Positions 37,313 through 48,892 of a stretch of 64,000 nt of DNA are shown here, piece after piece. The notes beneath the pieces were generated by a model, which saw only the letters and a program-made list of their open reading frames with translations, had not been told where the DNA came from and did not search any database. How positions within the stretch are numbered: position 1 is the first letter of the stretch; each line of letters starts with the position of its first letter. Where the stretch lies: the NCBI GenBank assembly GCA_043228905.1, contig JBHGNT010000018.1, positions 16,120,001-16,184,000 on the forward strand, given 5' to 3'. This DNA is from Azolla caroliniana. Lineage: Eukaryota > Plantae > Polypodiophyta. A program made the translations under genes and the position numbers.

Positions 37313-40300
37313 TGTTGAACAACAGTGCTCGGCCACAACCGAGGAATAGGATCGATTCACAGAAAACGGGAAATACACGAAATGCACGAAGACAATAGAG
37401 AGAAGAGTACACAGGATGTTTTACGTGGAAAACCCTAAGTGGGAAAAACCACGGGAGTCCTCAAACTCCAACTATCACTATACACAGAGATGTACAATGG
37501 TGATGCTACAGGGCAACAACCTTGAGCTCACTGCCTTCGCCACAGGTGGCGGTATTACACAGAGGCGTCGACCTCTTCCTTCCTCTCCCTCTCGGCTGCT
37601 CTCACTTTTCTCTCTCTCGGCTAAAACATAAAAATGAGCAACAACATCAAACTGTTTGCCCTAAGTCATATTTATACACATATGACTTTCGGGCTATTTA
37701 CAAATATAGCCTCAAGGGCCCTTGGCAAACATATTCACAAATATGTCCCCACATCCGGATCTCTCTCTCCGGGTACATACGTCATCCGGCTCCGTAACCG
37801 GGGTCTTCAGCATCCGGCTCCGTAACCGGGGTCTTCAGCATCCGGCTCCATAACCGGGGTCTTCATCATCCGGATCCGTAGCCGGGTACTCTTCATCCGG
37901 CTTCATGCCGGGTACTCTTCATCACCCGGTTCCGTAACGGCCTCCGGGCTTGCCGTCATTCATCTCCGGACATCCCATCCGGAGGGACCGAAATCCCAAC
38001 AAACTCCCCCTTCACTTCGGCATGGGATGTCTCTCCAACCCGATCCTCTTCCGGCATGCTTCCAGCTTGTCGGGTGTGAGCACCTTGGTCAGCATATCCG
38101 ACCCGTTCTCGTCCGTGTGGATCTTCGTCAGCACGAACTCCTTGTCTTCTATCCTTTCCCGGATCCAGTGGTATCTACGCTGGATGTGTTTCGTCCGGGA
38201 ATGGTAGGCCGCGTTCTTCGCAAGGTGGATGGCACTCTGACTATCGCAGTAGAGTCGGTACTCCTCCTGCCGGATACCGAGCTCTCTAATGAAGTCCTTC
38301 ATCCATATTATTTCCTTGCCGGCTTCAACGGCCGCCATGTACTCCGCCTCCGTGGTTGATAACGCAACCGTCTTCTGCAGCCTCGACTGCCATGAAACAG
38401 CTCCCCCTACATACGTCATCACATACCCTGATGTGGACCGGCTGGTATCTGCGTCAGCCGACATATCCGAATCGGTGAAGCCGTCGAGTTCGGGCTTACC
38501 GGAGCCGAATCGGAGGCACATGTTTGATGTGCCCTTCAGGTATCGGAGTATCCACTTGACCGCGTTCCAATGCTCTTTGCCGGGATTGCTCATGTACCGG
38601 CTCACCACTCCGACTGCATATCCTATGTCCGGTCTCGTACACACCATGGCGTACATCAAGCTCCCGACGGCTGAGGCATACGGCACTTTCATCATATCCT
38701 CCTTTTCAGCCTTTGTCTTGGGACTTTGCTTGTTGGACAGCTTGCAGTTTGCCGGGAGGGTCGATCCGACCGGCCTTGCTTCCGACATGTTGAACCGTTT
38801 AAGCACCTTTGTCACGTACTTCTCCTGTGACAGCCACAACTGCTTCTTGCTCCGGTCCCGGATGATGTGCATCCCTAGTATTTGTCTCGCCGGACCCAAG
38901 TTCTTCATCGAGAAGGTTCGGTGAAGAGCCTTCTTCAGCATCCGTATCTTGACCTGGTCCCGTCCGACGATCAACATGTCGTCCACGTACAGGAGGAGTA
39001 TTAGAAAGTCTCCTCCTTCGAACTTCTTCACAAACACGCAGTGGTCGGACTGCGTTTTGAGGTACCCTTCGTCGGTCATGAAGGAGTCGAACTTCCGGTA
39101 CCATTGCCGGGGAGCCTGCTTCAGTCCGTACAGGCTCTTCTTCAACCGGCATACCAGGTGCTCCTTCCCTTTCTTCTCGAATCCTTCCGGTTGCTGCATG
39201 AAGATCTCTTCTTCGAGGTCACCGTGAAGGAATGCCGTCTTCACGTCCATCTGTTCTACCTCGAGGTCCAGGCTTGCCGCTATGCTCAGCACCGTCCGGA
39301 TGGAGGTCATCTTCACTACCGGGGCAAATATCTCGTCGAAGTCGACGCCCTTCTTCTGCTGAAACCCCTTCACCACGATCCTGGCTTTGTATCTCGGGGG
39401 GTTTCCGGCATCTCCCGGTTTCAGCTTGAACACCCACTTGTTTCGCAGTGCCCGCTTTCCTTTCGGCAACTCCACAAGTTCATATGTGTGGTTCTCATGC
39501 AGGGAATCCATCTCCTCCTGCATGGCACTTAACCACCTGCGGCTATGGGTGTCAAGCTTTGCTTCTTCACCACTGCTTGTGCTCTGGTTCCGGAAATCTC
39601 CGGGGGGCCCTTCTCTCTCTTAGAGGATATCTCCGTTCCGGAGCTTCGGTAACCGGTTCTTCCGGTTCTTCTTCATCCGAATCCATTTCGGGATCGGGGC
39701 CGGTTCCGGTATCATTTTCATCTTCTTCGGCCGGTTCTGTTTCTTCATCGTCTTCGGCCGGATCCTCGAGTGCTAACCGGTCCCTTGCCGGTCGGGACTG
39801 CTCCTCGTAGAGTTGATCCTCACCGGTCGACTTGGAGCTCTTCATCTTCTTCTCCGACTCCCAGTCGGCGAGTGTCTTGTTCTCCATGAAGATGATATCA
39901 CGACTCCGGAATATCTTCTTGTCGACCGGGTCCCATACTCGGTAGCCGAACTCGTCGTCGCCGTAACCGAGGAATATGCATGGCCGGGTCTTTGGATCTA
40001 ACTTTCCTCTCCGGTCCTTTGCCACATGCACATATGCGAGACACCCGAACACCTTCAGATACCGGTAGGATACTTCCCTACCGGTCCACACTCTCTGCGG
40101 TGTGTCTCCGTCCAAAGGTACTGAGGGTGATCTGTTTATCACGTATGTCGCCGTCGACATTGCCTCAGCCCAAAACCCCTTGGGTAATTTCGCATGCGCC
40201 AGCATACTCCGGACCCTCTCCATTATGGTCCGGTTCATCCTCTCGGCCAGCCCGTTCAGTTCCGGCGTCTTCGGCACAGTAAACTCGAGCCGGATTCCCT

Positions 40301-42779
40301 TCGAGCGACAGTACTCCTGGAACTGCCCCCGGTATTCCCCTCCGTTATCCGCTCGTATCGCTTTCAGCTTCTTGCCGGATTCTCTTTCCACTCTCGCGTG
40401 GAGTTCTTTGAAGACGCACAACACTTGGTCCTTTGTCTTCAACGGTGCCGTCCACAGCTTCCGGCTGTGGTCATCAATGAATGTCACGAAGTACTGGGCT
40501 CCGCCATGTGACTTCGTTTCTACTTGACACACGTCAGTGTGCACCAGCTCCAATGGTGCGCTACGTCTCGTCGGTGGCCTTGAGTGGAAGGAGGTCCGGT
40601 TTTGCTTACCGGCCAGGCAGTCGGTGCACTTCTCCAGGTGCACATGCTTCACTGGAATAAGGTTGTCTTCTGCAAGCCTCTTCATCCCCTTCTCACTCAT
40701 GTGGCACAGTCTCTTGTGCCACAGCTCACCGGCAGTGTCGGCTGCCACGTTCAGCTCCTCCGGACATAGCCGGGAATTCATCAGGTACAGAGTGTTGACC
40801 TTCCGGGCCCGAGCCACTATCAGGCTCCCCTTGCTGAACTTCATGACACCGTTCCGGATGCTACCCGTGTAGCCTTCATCATCTAGCCTCCCGGCCGAGA
40901 TCAGGTTCAATCGGACCTCCGGAACGTGTCGCACATCCTTCAGCAGCATCTTGCATCCGGTTGATGTCATCAGCCACACGTCTCCTATGCCGGCAATCCG
41001 GCATGTGCCTTCATTTCCCATCCGGACACAGCCATGCTCACCGGCTGTGTAGGATGAGAAGTATTTCTTCTCCGGGGTTAGGTGGAACGACGCTCCGGAA
41101 TCGACCACCCAGGTCATCTCTTCACCGGCAAGGTTTAGCTCCGTCTCTTCGGTAATGAGCATTATCTCTTCTTCACTTGCCGCGAATGCCGTCGTTCCTC
41201 TCCGGTCCTTCCCTCGCCGATCCGGACCTCTCCGGTCCGTGGCTCCCCGGTATGCACCGTTTCTCTCCGGTGACTTCTTCGAATCGGTGTCGTCGGCTCC
41301 GTTGTCCTTTCGGTAATGCCGACAATTCTTCCGGAAGTGCCCCGGCTTCCCACAGTGGAAGCATGTGGGTCTTCCTCTTGACTGCGACCGGGTCCCCGAC
41401 TTCTCCCGTCTTTGCGGACTCCGGTTCCATTGTCTTCCCCGTTCCGATTCGGTAAGCAGCGCCTTCGAGTCGGAGGCCGGCTCTTTATCTCTCCGACGCG
41501 CTTCTTCATTTAGAATACTTGTCTTTACCGTTTGTAGAGACAAGTTATCTTCGGTGCAGGAGGTGCTGAGAGTCACCACCAAGTTCTCCCAGCTTTCCGG
41601 CAATGTACACATCAGAATGATGGCTTGCATTGCATCCTCCAACGGGAACTTGATCGCCGCAAGCTGGTTCACGAATCCCATGAACGTGCTCACGTGTTCC
41701 ACCATATTCTCGCCGTCCCGGTACTTGAGGTTCACTATCTTCCTCATCAGGGAGGTCCGGTTCAACGCATTCTTCCTCTCGTAGAGGCCCGACAGCTTCT
41801 TCCACATCTCATATGCGTTGGTGTCGTTCGCCACATGTTGCAGAACACTTACATCTACATATTGCCGGATCGTCGCTACGGCTTTCCGGTTCAGGAGCTT
41901 CCACTCCGACTCTATTACCCCCTTGGGTATCTCGGCATTGTCGATCGGTTCGTACAGGTCTCGGACGATGAGGAGGTCTTCCATCTTTATCTTCCAGTCG
42001 GCGTAGTTCTGTGAGTTCAACACCATCATGCCCGGAGGCCCACTACCGCCGCCTTCCATTTTCTGTGTTAACCAGGCTCTGATACCACTTTGTTGAACAA
42101 CAGTGCTCGGCCACAACCGAGGAATAGGATCGATTCACAGAAAACGGGAAATACACGAAATGCACGAAGACAATAGAGAGAAGAGTACACAGGATGTTTT
42201 ACGTGGAAAACCCTAAGTGGGAAAAACCACGGGAGTCCTCAAACTCCAACTATCACTATACACAGAGATGTACAATGGTGATGCTACAGGGCAACAACCT
42301 TGAGCTCACTGCCTTCGCCACAGGTGGCGGTATTACACAGAGGCGTCGACCTCTTCCTTCCTCTCCCTCTCGGCTGCTCTCACTTTTCTCTCTCTCGGCT
42401 AAAACATAAAAATGAGCAACAACATCAAACTGTTTGCCCTAAGTCATATTTATACACATATGACTTTCGGGCTATTTACAAATATAGCCTCAAGGGCCCT
42501 TGGCAAACATATTCACAAATATGTCCCCGCATCCGGATCTCTCTCTCCGGGTACATACGTCATCCGGCTCCGTAACCGGGGTCTTCAGCATCCGGCTCCG
42601 TAACCGGGGTCTTCAGCATCCGGCTCCATAACCGGGGTCTTCATCATCCGGATCCGTAGCCGGGTACTCTTCATCCGGCTTCATGCCGGGTACTCTTCAT
42701 CACCCGGTTCCGTAACGGCCTCCGGGCTTGCCGTCATTCATCTCCGGACATCCCATCCGGAGGGACCGAAATCCCAACA
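37313..42779 (-). mobile_element. CopG: full-length, very recent Tnt1/Tork-like copia
   Basis: 689-bp LTRs at 37313-38001 and 42091-42779 (1 difference seen). TSD CGCTG. Met PBS 42075-42087, PPT 38002-38015. Confidence 0.97.
38012..42059 (-). pseudogene. pol: CopG gag-pol polyprotein with a single frameshift near 39570
   Basis: ORFs 42059-39567 (gag, CFHCGKPGH, DSGASFH, integrase) and 39523-38012 (RT LYVDD, RNase H). Confidence 0.93.
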
Positions 42780-44700
42780 CGCTGTAACCCTTTATAGTTG
42801 GAATTAATTCTCCAGTTCATTGTCTCTCTGTGTTTCTGCATGTTTTCCCCTTTCACTGTCTGGTGGGTGTGCATCTCTATTCATTCTGTACACGCGGTCA
42901 TGATCCATTTGGCTAGTAAGCATTGCTTGCCGGAGGCCGGTGTTCACCAATTCGGCGCTTGTGCTCTCCTCTCTCCTCTTATTTCTTGCACTCCTTGGTC
43001 CAAGGCCTCTGTGGTCCCACCTTAGTTTCATACGCGAGAGCGTAACAACACGACATATTTTTGGTGAACCCGAAGTGAAACAAGGCGGCAGAGAAGTAGA
43101 AGATGAGGGGATTAGAGCTTGGTGAAGCCATGGCGATAGCCGTTGATCGGATAGTAAGTGCTCGTGAGTACTTAGCAAGCCAAAATGAGGATACGCCCAA
43201 GTTAAACACGAACTCTGGGGCATCGTTTCGGCGGTCAAGGCCGACAAAGACTACTTGATCGGGATGGAGGTAATAATCGAGACGGACTGCCTACCAATCC
43301 TCGGTATGGTTTCCGGATGCGCGACGCCGGACCTAGCGATGCTCAGGTGGATCGCGTACATTAAGTCCCTGAATCCGAAGATACGTCACATCTCCAGGAA
43401 GGACAACGCCATGACCGACATGCTTTCAAAAACGCGGTTTGATGACGAAGACGGCATGGTTTCGGAGGACGAAGAAGTCGGCATGGACTTCTTCAAGTCG
43501 GCTTACGTGACAACAAGGGAAGGGAGCACTCCGGCGCTTAATGAGTTTGACTAGGGCGAGTAGGACGGGGAGTGGCTCCGGATTGGCAGGTTCCTAGAAA
43601 CGCTGACGTCGAACGCGGCGTGGACGACAGAAGAGGCTAACCGGATCCGGAAGAAAGCGTACCAGTTCTTCCTATAGGACGGAAGCATATGGAAACACCC
43701 AAAGATGCGAGGTGGCGTCCCACTCCAGGTAGTGGCGAAGAAGGAAGAGCAAGAGGTGTTGCTAACGGTGTATCACGAGAGTCCTTGGGCCGGATATCAT
43801 GGGACGTGGGCCACATTCAAAAAGCTGAAGGAGAAGTATTGGTGGCCGGGATTGTACTGGGACGTTCATCAATTCGTAAGGACTTGCGAGTGTTGCCAGA
43901 TGCACTCCGTGATCCGACATCGAGACGAGCTACACCCGACCTACCCGCCAACTGTCCTTCAAATGGATGGTGGACTTAGTGACGATGCCGATGGGGGTAG
44001 GGCAAATGCGGTACTTGGTGCTAGCGGGAGAGGACTTGACAAATCAAGTGGAGGGTCACGCATTGCCGAACAAGACGACTACAGTCGTGTGCCGATTCCT
44101 AATTGACGAGGTGGTGTGCCCGTACGGGTGGGTGGGGAAGATCGTGGCTGACCGGGGGGAGCTAGATGCACAGGAAGCCGACGAGTTGTTCAATCGGCTA
44201 GGGGTTAAGCTCTCCCTCACTACGACGTACAATCCGGAGGCGAATGGGAAGGTAGAGCGCGGGCACGGGCCGATTGTGAAGGCGTTACTACGGCCATGCG
44301 AAGGGCAAGTCTGGAATTGGCCACGGCTTCTACCTTACACTGTCGTGAAGATCCGTCACTACGCGCGGATCGTGAGGCGGAACCGCCGGGGTTCTGGACC
44401 AGAAGGATTTAGAGTCAATACAAGCTTTGGCGAGAAAGTACTTAAGATAGATTGGGAAAGAGAGAAGATGAGATTACACGATTGATTTGATAATGAATTT
44501 CTTCTTCTTAATTTTCATAAAAAAAACCGTCCTTTTTCTCCTCCCCCTTCCCTCTTTTATAGATGCTCTCATGCATCTGAGGGTACAAGACATGCATTAA
44601 GTATTACATGTGGTGCATGCTAACCATGTCACTCATTTTAGCTCTCATGTATGAGAATTTACATGTAAAAGTACAATGATAGAATTATAATTTCAACTAA

Positions 44701-44770
44701 CTACCATGGCTTAATGGTAAGCCAATTGACTCCTAACTTGGAGGTGCAAGGTTTGAATCCTTACTTGCCC
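44701..44770 (+). promoter_or_regulatory. tRNA-like Pol III A/B-box module in G6 LTR (second copy 51515-51584)
   Basis: A box TGGCTTAATGG with D-stem GCTT/AAGC, loop CTCCTAA, T-arm AAGG-TTTGAAT-CCTT. Confidence 0.68.
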
Positions 44771-45403
44771 TCCTTGTATATGTAAATATGTATATATATT
44801 TATATATTTATTTATGACGCCGGTTCGCCGGATGCCGGTGCCTCCGTCGGTTATCGGTGCTGTCGTCGGTTACCGGTGCCTCGCCGGATGCCGTCGGATC
44901 ACCGTCGCCAGATTGCCGTCGGATCATTGGCTCCATCGTCGGTCCGGTTTTGGTTGGCCAAAACCCTTTACGAGTAGCTAGCCCACCTCCACTCTTAGTT
45001 CAAGTTACCTTGAACTCTCTATGCTCCACACATAGACACAAAGATAATATCTTTTGCTCCACCTTATATATGATGAGAACTGTATTTGTCGTGCCTATGT
45101 GGGATATCTCACAATTTTCTCCTTTCCTTTTACAAACTTTATACCCTCATATCTTGACATTTAGTTGTCCGTTTCTCGTGTAATAAAGTGCATTCGAAAC
45201 CTCCATCATTTTGTACTTAGATATTAAATCTATTTAAAATGTTATCTTCACAATTATTGTACTACGTGATTCATACTCGATTTCGTACGTTTTATAGGAT
45301 TTTCACACTATTGTCGAAAATCTTCACGACATCCACCCCCACCAAACCGCACGTCCTCCGGTACGTGCCAAGAAGAGAAGAAGTGAGATTTCGGCTACGA
45401 TGA

Positions 45404-48400
45404 TCAATTAGATTCCTCCATGTCTTCATTTTCATCCGGCCTATTATGTTCATCGTCGAGGTAATCGAGGTCAGGATCCTTGTCTTGTCTTTTCTTGAAA
45501 AGCTTTACTCTTTTTCCCGCAATGGGTACGACCAACCTTGATCCGTCTAGTTCCGCAAGGTGGTATGTGGCATTATCGTTGGCACTTGTCACCACATACG
45601 GCCCGAACCATCTTCTTGCAAACTTCCTTGTTGTACTATGTTGATTGTCAAGGGTGTTGTCGTAAACCAAAACCCAATCCCCTTCTTCAATCTTCTTGGG
45701 ACGAAGTCGATGCGTGTTGTCGAACCGAACTTTGTTCTTTACTCGGGCTGCCTTCATCATCTTTCGCGCTTTTTCTAAATCTTCAGGTCTTCTTTCAAGT
45801 TGCCTTATCCGCGCCGCTAATAACTCTTCTCGGCTCATCTCGTTCTCCCACAGTATCGCTACCCATGAGGCGATCGTCCTTTCGATGGGCATAATCGGCT
45901 TTTGTCCATACATAAGCTCCGTCGGCATATACCCTGTCACCGAGCTATGTGTCGTTCTATCGGCCCACAAGGCATAGGGTAATAGTCGTGGCCAATTCCC
46001 GACTCGACCGTTGCATGCCCGTACGATGGCTTTAACGATAGGTCCATGCCCTCGCTCAATCTTCCCATTTGCTTCCGGATTGTAGGCAGTCGTGAGGGAG
46101 AGCTTCACGCCTAGTCTTTCAAAGAGCTCTGTCGCTTCGTGCGCGTCCAACTCCCCTCGGTCGGCCACTATCTTCCCTACACATCCATATCGGCAAACAA
46201 CATCTTCAAGTAAAAATTTACAAACGGCTGAAGTCGTCTTATTTGTCAAGGCTCGTCCTTCCACTTGATTTGTCAAGTCTTCCCTTGCGAGCGCTAAGTA
46301 CTTCATTTGTCCCACTCCCATTGGCATCGAGACCAGATCCACCATCCATTTGAAGTGAATGGTGAGTGGGTATGTCGGCTTTAACTCATCACGATGACGT
46401 ATATTTGAATATATTTGGCAAGTTTCACATGTGGACACGAAATGGAGTACATCTTTGTACATGCTTGGCCACTAGTACTTCTCCTTCAATTTTTCGAACG
46501 TCACCCATGTTCCTCTATGACCTGCCCAAGCACTCTCGTGGAATTCGGTCATCAGCGTCTCTTGCTCTTCTTTCTTTACCACCACTTGACGTGGTATTCC
46601 TGTCCTTTTTTTTGGATGTCGCCAAAGGAATCCTCCCTTCAAGAAGTATCGATAAGCTTTCTTTCGGATTCGTAGGGCCTCCTCCTTTGCCAACGAAGCA
46701 TCTGTCGTCAATGTTCTTAGGAATCTACCGATGAGTAACCATTCTCCTTCGTATTCGTTCTCGTTGAAGGTGTGGAGGATTTGCGTGTCCTGGTCTTCCG
46801 CCGACAATCGAGCCATCTTGAAGAAGTCGAGGGCGACATCTTCATCTTCCGAAACCATGTTACTTCCATTTGAAAATCTTGCCCTCGACAGCATGTCAGC
46901 CATGGCGTTCTTCTTCCCTGCGATGTGACGGATTTCTGGGTTTAAAGACTTGATGTAGGCGATCCACCTTAGCATAGCAAGATCTGGGGTCGCACATCCC
47001 GAGACCATTCCGAGAATTGGGAGACAATCTGTCTCTATTATCACTTCTGACCCGATCAGGTAATCTTTGTCCGTCTTCACTGCCGACACAATACCCCAAA
47101 GTTCCCGCTTGACTTGGGCATATCTTTGTTGCCGTTCGCTGAGAACCTTTGCTCCGAACCAGACGGCATATCGCGCATTATCTTCACCTTCTTGATTGAT
47201 GACCCACCCGATTCCGGTTGGGCTCGTATCTACGGTCACGTAAATTGGTTTCCCTTCGGCATAGTCGGCCTTCCTTAGTGCCGGAGCTTCAAGAAGCAGT
47301 TTCTTTAATCTTCGCATCGCCTCTGTGTGCTCGTCTCGCCATTCGAACTTTATTCTTTTCTTTAGTAGTCCATATAACGGTTCGGCGACATGAGCGTAGT
47401 GAGGAATCCATATATGATAAAACGCGCACGCTCCAAGGAACCTTCGAACCTCCGTTTGGTTTTCGCATTCTTCTTTCATGTCTTGGATTGCGTTCACTTT
47501 GGATGGCGAGGGCTTCCGGCCGTATGCTCCACACAAGTGACCTACCACCAAGATCTCCGGTTGCCCGAATGCGGATTTTTCTCCCGAAAATGTCAAATTC
47601 GCATCTTCGAGCCTTTGAAGCACCTTCTCGCAATCTTTCATATGATCCGCAACGAACTTTCTACAACCTTCCTTATCTTTCGATTCATCTTTCTCCTCAT
47701 CCGAACATCCTTTTATCGGAATATCATCCAAGAATGGCATCGTGATGTCCGGAATGCAATCCTTCAAGACTTTATTCATGGCATTCACCATATGAGCCAC
47801 CGAGTTCGTTGCGCCTTGGGGTAAGGTACACATCCGCACATGCCCGATCGGAGTCCTCATGGTTGTAATGTCCCGACTGTCGATCGCCAATTGGAATTGG
47901 TCATATCCGGAGTAGAGATCGCCAATGGAGTAGATGGACCGGCCCGCAAACGCTTCGGCAAATTCGTCCACGCTCGGACCGATTCCGGCATTTCGAATTG
48001 TCACCTTGTTGACGGGTTGAAGATCTTGGATGAATCGCAATGATCCATTCTTCTTCGGCACCGTGAACCACCTATTGGAATAAGGAGCATTCGACGGTTC
48101 TAGAATTCCCATACTCACCTTCTCCTTTAAGAGCTCGATCAGCTTCGGAAGGTGTGCTCTCGGAACCGGTATCGGTTTCAAGTTCCAAGGCACATGAGGC
48201 ACCGTGAAGATCACCATTGGCTCTATAACCTTTGGGTCGGCGCATCCGATTTCTCGTGGGAAGAATGCGAAAGCCTTCCCATGTCTCTCAAGCATATCGC
48301 GAAACATTCGCTCCTCTTCAGGGAGAAGGAAATCCTCCTTTCCAACTCGTAGCTTCCCCTTCGTCTCTTTGGTGAAGTCATGACCTATCTTCTTCGGATC

Positions 48401-48892
48401 TCTTAAGCTTGGATCGTTAGCGACTTCCTTCATCTTTTGCCAGCTATCTTCCGGTAGCGGAACCGCAACTGGCTTGATCTTCTTATCCACCATTTTATAT
48501 TTCGTGTTGATGTCAGCTTCCTTCATCGAGATGCCACGACGGTATTCATCGATGATAGCGTACATGTTGACGGAGTTAACCGAAATCACGCGTTGGTTGT
48601 GAAGATAGCTCAAGTCCACGACGTCCTCGATTTCGCCGATGGTGTCGTTAAATGAGGCTTCTTCCATAATATGAGTCACGAACTCTCCTTCTTCTATTAT
48701 GTTCTCTTCTTTCAGCATCTTCTCGAATTCTTGTATCCGGCGCTTGTGCTTCTTGTCGGGTAGTACTAGTTTACATGCGCCACTAGGTGTGACACATGTT
48801 GCTTCTCCTTGCAATCCACGCATTCTTCTTTCTTGTGGGGTCTTGTGATTGCTCGGACTATTTGTGCCCCATGCTTCAATAGTCCGCTCTAA
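45404..48892 (-). pseudogene. pol: G6 pol (RT-RNase H-integrase) with one in-frame stop
   Basis: ORFs 48823-46472 and 46462-45404 are in the same frame, separated by TAG replacing TGG (KEKY*WP). Confidence 0.93.

Noticed and set aside
44701-44770. Functional tRNA-Arg gene
   Set aside because: The acceptor and anticodon stems do not pair properly, so it is kept only as a tRNA-like module.
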